A stretch of 64,000 nt of DNA, from positions 707-64,706 of the forward strand of contig JAIUNL010000015.1 of assembly GCA_020161835.1 (NCBI GenBank), written 5' to 3'. The stretch is from Bacteroidota bacterium (GTDB lineage: Bacteria; Bacteroidota; JABWAT01). The position numbers and the translations under genes were made by a program. Every line of letters starts with the position of its first letter. Within the stretch, counting starts at the first letter, position 1. Of the stretch, positions 1 through 10,164 are shown one piece after another. Under the pieces are notes generated by a model. The model saw only the letters and a program-made list of their open reading frames with translations. It searched no databases and was not told the DNA's origin.

Positions 1-462
1 TTGTTTCCCATTTAAACCGTTTGGATTTCTAAACCCTTTTATCTCATCCAGCCAATTTACAACACCATCATCTCTGAATAAACCGGAATCTGGTGACATC
101 CAAATCAATTCACCGGTATATTTATTGAATCCCTTGGTTGAAAAGATATCGTTTACAACAATGAGCCGAGAATTGATTGTTAAATTAGACCCAACGATAT
201 CGCGTTCTTTGCCAGTTATATTTGCTTTCCAGATTTCCTTTCCTGTTGCAAGTTCACGGCATTCAATATCTGGTCCATTATGAAAATAAACCCGGTTACC
301 GTCAATCAAGGGCGACTCCCAACCTTGGTGGGGTTCTACTTTATTTAACTTGGTCTGCCAGACTAATTTTAAAACGGAGGAAGACCCTTTTGGGTCTCCT
401 CCGTTTTCAGAACAGGAAAATGAAAGTAAAATCAGAAAAAGTATGAAAATGGAATATTTCAA
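1..462 (-). CDS. PQQ-like beta-propeller lipoprotein, partial (3' end runs off the window). Tandem paralog of 482..1696. Apparent TTG start.
   Basis: The reverse strand of 1-462 translates in frame to (M)KYSIFILFLILLSFSCSENGGDPKGSSSVLKLVWQTKLNK...PLIDGNRVYFHNGPDIECRELATGKEIWKANITGKERDIV... This is colinear with the N-terminus of the 482..1696 protein (lipobox Cys, same repeat motifs). There is no in-frame ATG, so a TTG at 460-462 is the proposed start. Confidence 0.5.
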   Translation of the reverse strand, partial: MKYSIFILFLILLSFSCSENGGDPKGSSSVLKLVWQTKLNKVEPHQGWESPLIDGNRVYFHNGPDIECRELATGKEIWKANITGKERDIVGSNLTINSRLIVVNDIFSTKGFNKYTGELIWMSPDSGLFRDDGVVNWLDEIKGFRNPNGLNGKQ

Positions 463-481
463 ATACTTATACCAGCCATCT

Positions 482-1696
482 TCATTTCACAATCTGATAA
501 ACATAAAAATTGAGCACTCCAAAGGCAGCAATATACCCGTTTTTAATATCTTGTGACAAAATGGAATCATTGGGCTGATCAAACTCTTCTATTATCTCAC
601 CAGTATTGATATCAATGATGTACCATTCGTTCTGGCTAAACGTATGGGGTTTGAACACATACCGATTCCCATCATAACTACTTGGAAATGAATTGCCGTC
701 ATAATCCGATAACTTTTTCCAATATATTAATTTACCGGTTTCGGGATTAAGGCAGTACCAGTTATCACGACTCCCAGTAACAAACAATTTGTTTTTTTCT
801 TTATCCAGGATCAGACAATTAGCACTAGGATAGTCTTTTCTGTAAACGGAGTATTCAAGTTCAAATTTCCAAAGAACCTTTCCGTCAGTCAACCTGTATT
901 TGATTACTGTACCGTCATCAAATACACTGAACCCAACCTCCCCGTCTAAAACCGGCGCAGAAAATAAATTACTTTTTGTTGATAAATATATGCTTCCGAT
1001 ATCAAGATGAACATACCTGGGTTTTACCCGGATTTTAAATTCAAGTTGACCGGTGTATGGATTAAATTTCATGATCTCGCCAAACCCATAAATGGGGTCA
1101 TTGCGTGAGTCGTAGGAAAAAGCAAAAGTGTTGATCAATAAACCATCAGGTATGCCAATTACTGCATTTACCCTTCCGGTATCCAAAACGAATTCTTTTA
1201 TAGTATTTCCCGAAAAAAGATCATATTGAATAAATTTCTTTGCGTTTTCAATAGTAGGATGGCGATAACCAAAATTCTCGTCTATCCAACTCAAACTACC
1301 ATAATCACGTTGAACCCCCGAATCAGGTGCCAACCAAAGTTGCTCACCCGTAATTTTATTCATACCCCTAGTTGAGAATGCATCATCTATGACAATTTGT
1401 GTAGAATTGACGGGGAAATTAGTACCAATATAATCTTTTGTTGTGCCTGCTACATTTTTGGTCCAAAGTAACTTCCCGGTTGTCAACTCCCTGCAATCAA
1501 TATTTGGGCCATTTGGAAAATAGACACGATTTCCATCTATTATTGGTAACTCAAATCCTTGCAATCCAAGGTTTTTATTCAAAGGTGATTTCCAAATAAG
1601 TTTTAAAACAGAAGAGGAAGTTGCTCCCTCTTCTGTTTTATTACAACCCATTAGCAACATGATATATAAGGCGATAAAATAAATCAGGTTCTTCAT
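482..1696 (-). CDS. Lipoprotein with PQQ-like/BamB-like beta-propeller repeats.
   Basis: Signal peptide plus lipobox (LLMGCNK). Repeated motifs of the form 'DG.VYF...G...C.EL.TGK.LW...'. 404 aa. Confidence 0.55.
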   Translation of the reverse strand: MKNLIYFIALYIMLLMGCNKTEEGATSSSVLKLIWKSPLNKNLGLQGFELPIIDGNRVYFPNGPNIDCRELTTGKLLWTKNVAGTTKDYIGTNFPVNSTQIVIDDAFSTRGMNKITGEQLWLAPDSGVQRDYGSLSWIDENFGYRHPTIENAKKFIQYDLFSGNTIKEFVLDTGRVNAVIGIPDGLLINTFAFSYDSRNDPIYGFGEIMKFNPYTGQLEFKIRVKPRYVHLDIGSIYLSTKSNLFSAPVLDGEVGFSVFDDGTVIKYRLTDGKVLWKFELEYSVYRKDYPSANCLILDKEKNKLFVTGSRDNWYCLNPETGKLIYWKKLSDYDGNSFPSSYDGNRYVFKPHTFSQNEWYIIDINTGEIIEEFDQPNDSILSQDIKNGYIAAFGVLNFYVYQIVK

Positions 1697-1708
1697 AATT
1701 TAACGCTA

Positions 1709-3280
1709 CTATTTATGATCACGAATCCAATTTTTTGCATCAATCATGGTTGTGGTTTGATCCCCATTCCAAGGTTTCACCACATACAAAGAAGAAGCGT
1801 GATTGTGGCCGTCATTCTGGTTTGTGTTGGGTGCCTTGAAGTATACAATACCCTGATTACCCTGTTGGTTTGAAACGGTAACCATTCCATCAGTGGCAAC
1901 AGTAGTTACCGAAGTAACACGTATGATTGTCTCATTCCAAATTCTGGAGTAAATAGGGGCACTACATACATCAGCCGAAAGTAGTGAGGGCAACCTGTCA
2001 TAATCATACAAACTAAACCCAACTTCAGGTTCCGGTGTAGGATTTCCATAATAAATATCACCGCACTTTTCAAGCCAGGCCTCATCAATTTCCTTATGCG
2101 TTACCACTATGGTTTCATAGGTATATTTCAGATCATTTGAAACATCCTGACTAACCCAGTCCAATTTATCAACGGCATCTCGTGAAACTGCATACCGGTC
2201 TCTTGCTGCTCTTGCGTTTGCCACCGTGCCACTATGGGAACCAAAAAAGAACCACTGGTTGTAGTAGTTCGCCCTATCATTGTATTTGTTTCTTTTATAA
2301 TGAAAATAACTTTTAACGGCCTCAATGTTTCCAACCGCATTTAGAGGTCCTTTATAAAAATCATCACTAAAATTTTCCATTCCCTCAAACAAACTCATTA
2401 TATTTACTGCGCCTGGGGCAGAAAGATAAAATCCGGAATTTTCAATTAAATTTACAGAACCTGCGGTGAGATATGAAGGCAAAGAGCCTCCAGCTCTTAG
2501 TGTTGCATATTTAAAATCCTCACCTCCAATAAAACGGTTTTTATTCGCATTTGAAAAACTGGATCCAGGCGAATAACTTCCACCACTGTTTTTTTGAAGT
2601 GACTTAATATCTTCACGGGAATTATCAAAATATCCTTCCAGACCATTTATGATGCCGGTATTCATCAAAGACAAATATTTGTCCATTAAAGCAACATTTG
2701 CCATCCAACCCCACCAAGTTTCATCATCGCCAATAATAGGGTTAAAACCATCTGGTCCGGTCCTTAATTGAGCATAGTAAGAAGCCCATTTTGCTTTTGC
2801 AGCTGCTAATCCGCCTTTTAAATTATTCATACCACCCATTGGGGAGGCAATGGTAACCACCCCCTTGATTTTTAAATTTTGTACGGTGAATTTTGTTGAA
2901 TTATAGGGTTGTTGATCATTAAATAGTTTTGCAACTACTCCTCCAGTGCTATATCCAATTAAAAACCACTCCTTTGTCAGATTTTGAGTTCTCATGATGG
3001 TTGCAACCTGCGCAGCCCTATCATCAACAGACAAGTTTGTTTTAACTCCGTTTGCAAGATTATGGTTAATATACACAATATCAGCGTCTGTGATATTAAG
3101 TGTAGATTTCAAATCATTAACCAGCCGGGTATGGTCATACCCACTTTTAAACTCATCAGGACTTCCGCCGAGACCAGGGATAAAAACAACACCGTATCCC
3201 TGACTGAAACCAGAAGATGCAGAAAAAACAAACGCAAGTAAAATAAATATCTTTTTCATTTCAGGCTCCTTATCGGGCAA
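1709..3280 (-). CDS. Secreted alpha/beta-hydrolase, lipase/esterase-like.
   Basis: N-terminal signal peptide. The true start may be the MKKIF... at 3259. GxSxG nucleophile elbow (LIGYSTGGVVA). 523 aa. Confidence 0.55.
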   Translation of the reverse strand: MPDKEPEMKKIFILLAFVFSASSGFSQGYGVVFIPGLGGSPDEFKSGYDHTRLVNDLKSTLNITDADIVYINHNLANGVKTNLSVDDRAAQVATIMRTQNLTKEWFLIGYSTGGVVAKLFNDQQPYNSTKFTVQNLKIKGVVTIASPMGGMNNLKGGLAAAKAKWASYYAQLRTGPDGFNPIIGDDETWWGWMANVALMDKYLSLMNTGIINGLEGYFDNSREDIKSLQKNSGGSYSPGSSFSNANKNRFIGGEDFKYATLRAGGSLPSYLTAGSVNLIENSGFYLSAPGAVNIMSLFEGMENFSDDFYKGPLNAVGNIEAVKSYFHYKRNKYNDRANYYNQWFFFGSHSGTVANARAARDRYAVSRDAVDKLDWVSQDVSNDLKYTYETIVVTHKEIDEAWLEKCGDIYYGNPTPEPEVGFSLYDYDRLPSLLSADVCSAPIYSRIWNETIIRVTSVTTVATDGMVTVSNQQGNQGIVYFKAPNTNQNDGHNHASSLYVVKPWNGDQTTTMIDAKNWIRDHK

Positions 3281-4184
3281 TTACTTTTATATGGGTTCGG
3301 GTTTCAACAGTTTCAGAAATAACTTCCGCTCCATTTCCGTCATCTCTGAACAGACGGGAATGAATAACACTTGGGAACCATCTTCCGGCCTTTAAAACGT
3401 AATTATATTTGGTTAGCAGATCAAGTTTACCATTTGTAAAAACTGCATCCTGTAAAATATTTCCTGTTTTTTTATCCATCATAGTATGGGTTACTGAGGT
3501 ATTGTCCTGGCTTTTCTGAACAATTGACATCAGACCCTGATCATTGATGTTAATACTTCCGCCACTTTTTAAAATTTCAGCCTGCATCAACTCAAGTTTC
3601 TTGCCTCCAATTCCAGGTAAGGTATCCAAGTCAAGTGAATCTGCCATCAATGTGAATTTTTGCTTCCATTCGTTTCGAAGCGCCATTTCTTCTCCAGAAG
3701 GCGAATACTTGGTTGCCTTTCCGTTTCTTGCATAATTGGTTATTCCTGTTTCATCAAAAACTACACGAACGATTTCATTATCAATATCATTCTGGGATTT
3801 TTGAATTTCATCGGGTCCCGGGTTCCCTTGTTTTGACGGCGGAAATGCATTGCCATCATAGGTTCCATCAATAAATAATTGATCAATCCGGTAAGTGCCC
3901 TTTCCATCAAATGCACCACTAACCTGTGATTTTTCATATCGGGTTAAAATAGGTGCATCCTGATAGTCACCACTTGTTTTTCCAAGCAATCCGGCACGGA
4001 TTCTGGGTTTTACCGAAATCACTTCTTCCTGGTAAGATAAGAGGTAACCCTGTGTGGGTCTTAACTTTGTTTTAGAAGATGAATTTATACTATCTCCTTC
4101 TTCCAGATACTTGGGTTCTGCACAACCAGCCAGTATGAAAAGTAAACTGCCAAGGCAAATGCCTGGCAACAGCATTTTTGTCAT
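3270..4184 (-). CDS. Hypothetical lipoprotein.
   Basis: Signal peptide with lipobox (ILAGCAEP). No recognisable catalytic motif. Confidence 0.45.
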   Translation of the reverse strand: MTKMLLPGICLGSLLFILAGCAEPKYLEEGDSINSSSKTKLRPTQGYLLSYQEEVISVKPRIRAGLLGKTSGDYQDAPILTRYEKSQVSGAFDGKGTYRIDQLFIDGTYDGNAFPPSKQGNPGPDEIQKSQNDIDNEIVRVVFDETGITNYARNGKATKYSPSGEEMALRNEWKQKFTLMADSLDLDTLPGIGGKKLELMQAEILKSGGSININDQGLMSIVQKSQDNTSVTHTMMDKKTGNILQDAVFTNGKLDLLTKYNYVLKAGRWFPSVIHSRLFRDDGNGAEVISETVETRTHIKVIAR

Positions 4185-4342
4185 TGTATCTCCTTAATTT
4201 ATGTGGGACGAGTGGTAGCCTACCCGGTACCTGATACAAATGTCAAAAAAAAACACTTACTGTCAATAGTTTGTGACAAATTTTAATGTTTGTCAAGATA
4301 CAATCTGGTTTTAAGATGTACGTTGTACGGGGTACGCTGTAC

Positions 4343-4399
4343 AAAAAAACCCGGTCCCCGAGTGTCAGTCGTAAGACTGATTTATCGAGGGGCCCGGGT
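4343..4399 (-). terminator. Rho-independent terminator, read on the minus strand.
   Basis: An 11-bp GC-rich stem, ACCCGG(T)CCCC / GGGG(C)CCGGGT, around a ~23-nt loop. On the minus strand it is followed by a run of 7 T. It lies downstream of the minus-strand gene 4651..4956. Confidence 0.5.
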
Positions 4400-4650
4400 A
4401 TGCGTTGAGGTTGGGATTTAAAATTTCTGCATCTCGGTATGTCCGTCTTTCGACGGACTACTCGACGACCGGATACCCAGAACCAATGCACTCAAAAGTC
4501 GGGTCATGAAATGTGTGAAGCAAATCCATACCTTTTCCGTCAAACCAAATACACAATACTCTTCCACTTTTCCCTTCCATTTCTTTGGCCAAATTTCAGT
4601 GTTCTTCCGGCTTTCCTTCGTCCGTCTTTCGTTGGTCTTTCGTTGTGGAA

Positions 4651-4956
4651 CTAACCTGGGTCTGTTCCACTCCTGCTTAGGAAATCGGAGAGCGCAGCAT
4701 GATATGCGGTTCGGTTTTCACCGGCAAGGTCTTCATACTTTTTCAGCGACACTGGATCTGACAGAACACTTTTTGCAAAGGCAACCGCTTCCCGGAACCG
4801 GTTTTGTTTTTGAATTTGGTCGGGAGAGGTTCGGGATGGCCAGGTTTTGGGTGCGAGAGCAAGAACGGTCTCCCTGCCTGATTGTTTAAAAATGAGTTGT
4901 TTCCCCAGCTTTCCGCTTAAACCGGTGGTGATAATGTTGTCTTTGACGATGGCCAT
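4651..4956 (-). CDS. Hypothetical small protein (101 aa).
   Basis: ORF only. No recognisable motif. Confidence 0.3.
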   Translation of the reverse strand: MAIVKDNIITTGLSGKLGKQLIFKQSGRETVLALAPKTWPSRTSPDQIQKQNRFREAVAFAKSVLSDPVSLKKYEDLAGENRTAYHAALSDFLSRSGTDPG

Positions 4957-5087
4957 TGGAAACTCTCTTTACTTCGGGATATCGGGGTGCAAGATCAGAA
5001 AGGGGAAATTAAAAGGAAAGGGAGAAAAATGGTACCTGGGTGGTAATGGCGGAAATCTTTATCAGGGTGTATGCTCTGACTCTTTAA

Positions 5088-5564
5088 TCAGAACAAAGAA
5101 AATTGTGTTTCTTTTTTAGGATAGAATACCCCGATGATGACGAAAGGATTTTTTGCTCTTCTCATGTGCCATTCTTTTGTTGACCCGAGAAAGAGATAAA
5201 TATCCTTTTCTTTCAGGAATTCCAGTTCATATTTCTCACGAACTTTTTCGAGGGCTTCTGCTTCTATTCCCTCCGCCGATTTAAAACATTTCCAATAGAG
5301 TGCTCCAATTTCCCAATCTTCAATCATCATGCGGCTTTCCCTATCCTCTTCATCCAAAAACCGGTAGTAAAACTTATAAGGTAATTTTGGAATTTGAATT
5401 TCAGGATTTTTATCCGGATCAAATAACTCACCTTGTTTTCTAAGTTCTTTCCACTCGTCTTTCCACTCCCGGATTTCTTCCTTCTCTACTTCAAAGCTGA
5501 TGATGGTTTTCGGTTTAAAGGTTGCCAGTGATCGGTTTAGGGGTGCTTTAGAATCTTCAATCAA
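5088..5564 (-). CDS. Hypothetical protein. Third gene of the Panacea-DUF488 operon.
   Basis: 158-aa acidic protein. It starts 6 bp after the upstream gene, in the same orientation. Confidence 0.45.
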   Translation of the reverse strand: MIEDSKAPLNRSLATFKPKTIISFEVEKEEIREWKDEWKELRKQGELFDPDKNPEIQIPKLPYKFYYRFLDEEDRESRMMIEDWEIGALYWKCFKSAEGIEAEALEKVREKYELEFLKEKDIYLFLGSTKEWHMRRAKNPFVIIGVFYPKKETQFSLF

Positions 5565-5570
5565 TTTTGT

Positions 5571-5918
5571 CTAACTGGTATACACTTCTGATGTACATAT
5601 CTTTTTGCGTTCCTCCCAATTATTTCTTGTATCCAGTTTACCAAAAAGCTGTATATCTTTAAAATCATAATTAACAGGTGAGTGGCTCTCCGGACGAAAA
5701 TCATCCGTTCGCTTCACCAGGTCCAGTTCCATCCAGTTATACTTGAATGACTCAACCTTGCCATCTTTACGCAAACCGCGTAAAAATTTCAGCGGAACCG
5801 GATAGATGCGGATCCATTCACCTGTTTCCAGAATGCCAGCGGTGCAAACTAATTCGTCATAACTGCGGGATGGCAGTGGATAGGTCGTTACCGTTAAAAG
5901 AACTTTTCTTCTGGCCAT
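5571..5918 (-). CDS. Hypothetical protein. Second gene of the Panacea-DUF488 operon.
   Basis: 115 aa. It starts 2 bp after the stop of 5921..6805. Confidence 0.45.
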   Translation of the reverse strand: MARRKVLLTVTTYPLPSRSYDELVCTAGILETGEWIRIYPVPLKFLRGLRKDGKVESFKYNWMELDLVKRTDDFRPESHSPVNYDFKDIQLFGKLDTRNNWEERKKICTSEVYTS

Positions 5919-5920
5919 TT

Positions 5921-6805
5921 TTAAAGATGGTTGACTTCGTATTCAAAATCAGGTAAGTTTTCTATAGCCTCTGCCAGGTGTTTTCGGTGGCATTGGCAAC
6001 TATTCGCTTCGAAACAAGTTAAAGCAATACGTTTACTCTCCCGAAGCAAGTTTAAAATGCGTAACTGAGTACCGCTCGTTTCGGTAAGATTGTTTTGACG
6101 GTAAACAGCGAATAATTGATCATAATCGCTTTGTGTATTCAATTCCCTGCGTTGTTCTGATTGAATACCAACTTCAGGAAAATGCACATACCGGATACCC
6201 AAACTCTCACAATAACGGCTTAACGAACTTTTGCTGAAACCGAATTTCATACTCAACGGATTGTTTCGGACATCCACTAAAACTTTTATATCATTTTTGA
6301 CCAGCTGGTTTAAATAGTCTTCCAGCGAAAGACCTTCATAACCGATTGTGAAGAGAACGGTTTTATCGTTTCCGGGATGACTTAATTTCACCTTTTCAAA
6401 TTGCGCTTCGGATAATATTTCTTTTGCCTTTATACTGTTTATTGCCCAATAAGGAAATTTAAGGTAAGTATATTTCATCAATTCGCCAGCGGTCATGCCA
6501 CCAAATTGCGCTTTGATACCGGCAAGCAGGTTTCTGTCATCTTCTTTGAGGAGTTTTAAGTAATCGGTCTTCTCTTTACTGATGTAATGTACCGGTGTTT
6601 CATCTACCATTCCCCGGCGAACCATCGCACCTAAATCGGCAACGGCTGAATAGGAATAACACCCAAACTTATAGGGGATAAAATCATAGTCAGGTTTGAC
6701 CTGACGTTGGGTAAAAAGGAAAAGCAACTTTTGCAGACTGATTTTATCTATCTGTCCCTCAAAAAGCTGCAATAAACTCAGGATAATTTTTCTTCTGTAA
6801 AACAT
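5921..6805 (-). CDS. Fusion protein: N-terminal Panacea-like (DUF4065/SocA-like) domain plus C-terminal DUF488 domain.
   Basis: The N-terminal segment ISLQKLLFLFTQ...FIPYKFGCYSYSAV resembles the Panacea signature (LQKLLYF...W.YGPV..VY). The C-terminal segment LFTIGYEGLSLEDYLNQLVKNDIKVLVDVRNNP...LGIRYVHFPEVG...IALTCFEANSCQCHRKHLAEAI matches the DUF488 pattern (TIGHS...LVDVR...GI.Y.......AL.C.E.....CHR). Confidence 0.55.
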   Translation of the reverse strand: MFYRRKIILSLLQLFEGQIDKISLQKLLFLFTQRQVKPDYDFIPYKFGCYSYSAVADLGAMVRRGMVDETPVHYISKEKTDYLKLLKEDDRNLLAGIKAQFGGMTAGELMKYTYLKFPYWAINSIKAKEILSEAQFEKVKLSHPGNDKTVLFTIGYEGLSLEDYLNQLVKNDIKVLVDVRNNPLSMKFGFSKSSLSRYCESLGIRYVHFPEVGIQSEQRRELNTQSDYDQLFAVYRQNNLTETSGTQLRILNLLRESKRIALTCFEANSCQCHRKHLAEAIENLPDFEYEVNHL

Positions 6806-7000
6806 GCAGCAAAGGTAGTGAAAACACCATTCTGTTACTAAATCGATACAAAGAATAAAATTGTTTTGGGAATTGAATTCGAGATACGCAGTACCCCTTA
6901 CCTTGTAAAGGAAACGGTCACCGGGTGTCCGTCCGGAGACGAATGTATCGGGGTGCGGGAAAAGGAAGTGGAAATAAAAATTAAAAAAACAATAAAAAAT

Positions 7001-10000
7001 CTATAACTCAACCTCACCACTGATAAGAAAATGCTGAAGAAGGTTGTGAATTTTTATATTCACCTTAAAAAGTGGAATAACACTTCCTTCCTTTTTTTCA
7101 AAATAGGCTTTAGCCTTTTCTTTATCTACAGACTCCTTTAAATCATCAAAACGCCCGAATTGATTGATATTCAGTTCATTTATACCCGTATTCATCATGG
7201 CTCTCAGTTTGGTTTCATCCAGACCAAGAAGTTCTGAAATATGCCGGATCTGATCGTTTTTTGCTTTGGATTGATAATCTGCAATATAATCACGGAAGGT
7301 TTTATCGCTTGCAATTGAAGCATCCCCGCTTTCAACATCATGAAGGAATATGTTGGCAAATTTCTGCTCGTCCCGGGTAAGAAACGCAAACGATTTGTGC
7401 AGATCATTTAAGGTCTGTTCCTTTTGGTCCCTGTCAATATCTTTCTGTTCCAGCATTTTAAGGTACTTTTCAAAACGGGAGTTCATATATTCTGCATTAA
7501 TAATCCCGGTATCGATCTCGGTTAAATAACCATCAATTTCAAATGGAACTTCTTCAGATCCACCTTCGCCACCACCACCACTATTTAACTCCTTATACCG
7601 AAGAGCCAGAATCAGAAACGAATTTTCATCAAAACTCATTTCGATGATTGATTTTGCTTTCCCTAAAACCGTCTCGAATTCATATTTTGACTCACTCCAT
7701 GTAAAGCCCTGTATTTTGGATGCTTCCAGATACGTGTTGAATTCTTTAAAAAGCCTTGCGAAATTGCCTCGTTCAGAAAGATCATCCGGCAATTTTTCAA
7801 AGTTTTGGATCCCGGCGTGTATGAATACCTGAAAAATTTCATCGAATACTGAATTCAGCTTTTTCAGGTTTTCATCCAAATGATCGACAAACAGTGCAAG
7901 TGGTTTGTCTCCCGAATACATTTTTACTGCCTGATTCACATACTGTTCTACTGTGTGTGGTTTCCGGTAATACCGGATGGTACCGAAAGGTTTATCTGGC
8001 CCAAACAGGCGGTTAGTTCGTGAAAAGGCCTGAATAACGTGTTCAAACTTAAGAACCTTGTCCATGTAAAGGGTATTGATCCATTTGGAATCAAAACCGG
8101 TCAGCATTTGATCGACCACAATTAAAAGATCAATCTGTTTTTCCCGATTTTTTTCTATCCGGGTGTAGGGCTCCTTGTGGGCAAGCCGTGCGGCTATATC
8201 TTTTTTCAAATTCCCATGACTTGAAAGTGCAAAATCCATTCCAAAGGTTTGATTGTAGTCTCCGATAATTTCAACCAGACCGTCTTCTTTAAATTTTACA
8301 TTCCCGTGATTATCAATATTCGGATCGAAAAGTGCAGTTATTTTCAAGTCCGTTTTTTCTTTTTTCAATAAACGGTAATAGTCAACAGCCTCAGAAATAC
8401 TGCTGGTGGCAAAAAGCGCATGAAACTTCCCGTTCCGGCTAAGAGTCAGCCATTTATCTGCAATATCACTTACGACAGCCTGCTGATGCTCGATGCGCTC
8501 ATACTGTGAAGTTGGAAGGTAATCCTCAATTCCTTTCACATATTTCCCGTTTGTGTCAAGGAAACCGGCCATTTTCACCTTTGACGCATCCATAAACTTA
8601 TAATAAACTTTGCTCTTTTTCGGGTCTTTGATGGCTTCCTTTTCACTGGTTGCCTTTGCCTCTGCGATGGCAACAGCTTTTCTCAGGTCGTGGTCTTTAT
8701 AGGTCATAACCTTATACGGATCGAAACCCAGAACATTTTTGTCCCGGATGCCATCGGCAATACTGTATCGATGTAACTCATCGCCAAAAACAGTTGACGT
8801 GGTGTTCAGTTTTTTTTGGTTCTCATCCTGAATGGGAGTGCCGGTAAAACCAAAGAACAAGGCCTCAGAAAATGTTTTCTTGATCGATGTCAGCATTTTA
8901 CCAAAGGTTGACCGGTGTGCTTCATCCACAATAAAGACAATCCGTTTTGACTTCATAAGCTTAATATCGTGGGAATTGAGTCCCCCATCTTCATCTTTGA
9001 TATTGCTCATTTTTTGGATGGAAGTAACGATAAGCGTATCGGCAGGTTTGGTACTTTTGAGTTTGGAAACTAAAACGCCGGTATTTTCGGTGGCCTGAAC
9101 CTCTTCGTTTTCGTCTGCAAAATTGCTGTATTCCTTAAGTGATTGGGTTCCCAGTTCTATCCGGTCCATCAAAAAAAGAACTTTGTCTGCATCCTTCGAG
9201 TTTGCTATAAGTTGTGCCGATTTAAAACTGGTCATGGTTTTGCCGGAACCGGTGGTATGCCAGATGTATCCACCCCGCTGGGAATGTGCTTTCCAGTCGG
9301 TTTTTGAAACTTTATCCGAAATAGCGTTGGCAGCATAATACTGGTAACTGCGCATGACCTTCAGAATGCCGTCAGAATCATCGGCAACCGTGTAGAACCC
9401 GATTAGTTGATGTGCCATCGGAATGGAGAGGAGTGTTGAAGCAATGAGTGCCCACTGATTGATGGGTTCATTGTTGAAATCGGCCCAATGGAAATAATAA
9501 TCTTTATTGAATTTGCCATCGGGACCGGGATTGGCAAAATAGACCGTTTCGCCGGGTTCCATAGCCACAAAAATCTGAATGAGAGAAAACAACCCTGTAA
9601 AAATGCCCTCACCGGTATATTTTTCAATTTGGTTACAGGCTTGACTGACCGGAATTCCACTCCGTTTCAGTTCGATGTGGATGACCGGCATACCGTTGAT
9701 CAGCAGCAACAGATCACCCCGGCGGTCATTCAGGATTTTTGATTTGCTTGTAAAATGGGGTTGATGCACAATCTGATACCGGCTTTGCCCTGCGGCAATC
9801 TCACGGCGGTCGTAGATTTTCAGACTGACTTCTTTACCAAAATGATCAGGATCGGCAGGATTGTCACGGACGATTGAAACGGTTTTGCCATTGATAAACC
9901 CGTTCAGCTTTAATGGCGTTCTTAGCCGGGTAATCTGTTCAAGAATCTGGGCCATTTCACCATTGGTTAGGGGTGTTTCATTCAGGCGGTCGATCCCACG

Positions 10001-10141
10001 GTTGTTTTCGAAAAGAATAGAAGCCCAGTTTTGCAGTAACTCACCCTCAGTGGGGTGTTTCAGAATATCGTTTTCCCACCCTTTATTCCTCAGAATTTCG
10101 ATAAGTGCTTCTTCAAAACCGGATTCGCTGGCAAATGACAT
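7001..10141 (-). CDS. hsdR: Type I restriction enzyme, R subunit (HsdR).
   Basis: 1046 aa. HsdR-type N-terminus (SESGFEEALIEILRNKGWE). Walker A (HTTGSGKTMTSF). DEAH box (FIVDEAHRS). It is the last gene of the hsdM-hsdS-hsdR run. Confidence 0.9.
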   Translation of the reverse strand: MSFASESGFEEALIEILRNKGWENDILKHPTEGELLQNWASILFENNRGIDRLNETPLTNGEMAQILEQITRLRTPLKLNGFINGKTVSIVRDNPADPDHFGKEVSLKIYDRREIAAGQSRYQIVHQPHFTSKSKILNDRRGDLLLLINGMPVIHIELKRSGIPVSQACNQIEKYTGEGIFTGLFSLIQIFVAMEPGETVYFANPGPDGKFNKDYYFHWADFNNEPINQWALIASTLLSIPMAHQLIGFYTVADDSDGILKVMRSYQYYAANAISDKVSKTDWKAHSQRGGYIWHTTGSGKTMTSFKSAQLIANSKDADKVLFLMDRIELGTQSLKEYSNFADENEEVQATENTGVLVSKLKSTKPADTLIVTSIQKMSNIKDEDGGLNSHDIKLMKSKRIVFIVDEAHRSTFGKMLTSIKKTFSEALFFGFTGTPIQDENQKKLNTTSTVFGDELHRYSIADGIRDKNVLGFDPYKVMTYKDHDLRKAVAIAEAKATSEKEAIKDPKKSKVYYKFMDASKVKMAGFLDTNGKYVKGIEDYLPTSQYERIEHQQAVVSDIADKWLTLSRNGKFHALFATSSISEAVDYYRLLKKEKTDLKITALFDPNIDNHGNVKFKEDGLVEIIGDYNQTFGMDFALSSHGNLKKDIAARLAHKEPYTRIEKNREKQIDLLIVVDQMLTGFDSKWINTLYMDKVLKFEHVIQAFSRTNRLFGPDKPFGTIRYYRKPHTVEQYVNQAVKMYSGDKPLALFVDHLDENLKKLNSVFDEIFQVFIHAGIQNFEKLPDDLSERGNFARLFKEFNTYLEASKIQGFTWSESKYEFETVLGKAKSIIEMSFDENSFLILALRYKELNSGGGGEGGSEEVPFEIDGYLTEIDTGIINAEYMNSRFEKYLKMLEQKDIDRDQKEQTLNDLHKSFAFLTRDEQKFANIFLHDVESGDASIASDKTFRDYIADYQSKAKNDQIRHISELLGLDETKLRAMMNTGINELNINQFGRFDDLKESVDKEKAKAYFEKKEGSVIPLFKVNIKIHNLLQHFLISGEVEL

Positions 10142-10164
10142 TGTGATTTAAGCCTTTTTATAAT

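Noticed and set aside
4243-4491. ORF 4243..4491 (-), and the multiple TTGACA hexamers on the minus strand at 4255-4310, as a defined promoter.
   Set aside because: The ORF has no motif and spans the terminator hairpin. The hexamers lack a convincing -10 or -7 partner at proper spacing, so no specific promoter call was made.
4439-4889. Plus-strand ORFs 4439..4654 and 4506..4889.
   Set aside because: They overlap the minus-strand gene 4651..4956 and its terminator region. The composition is low-complexity with no motif.
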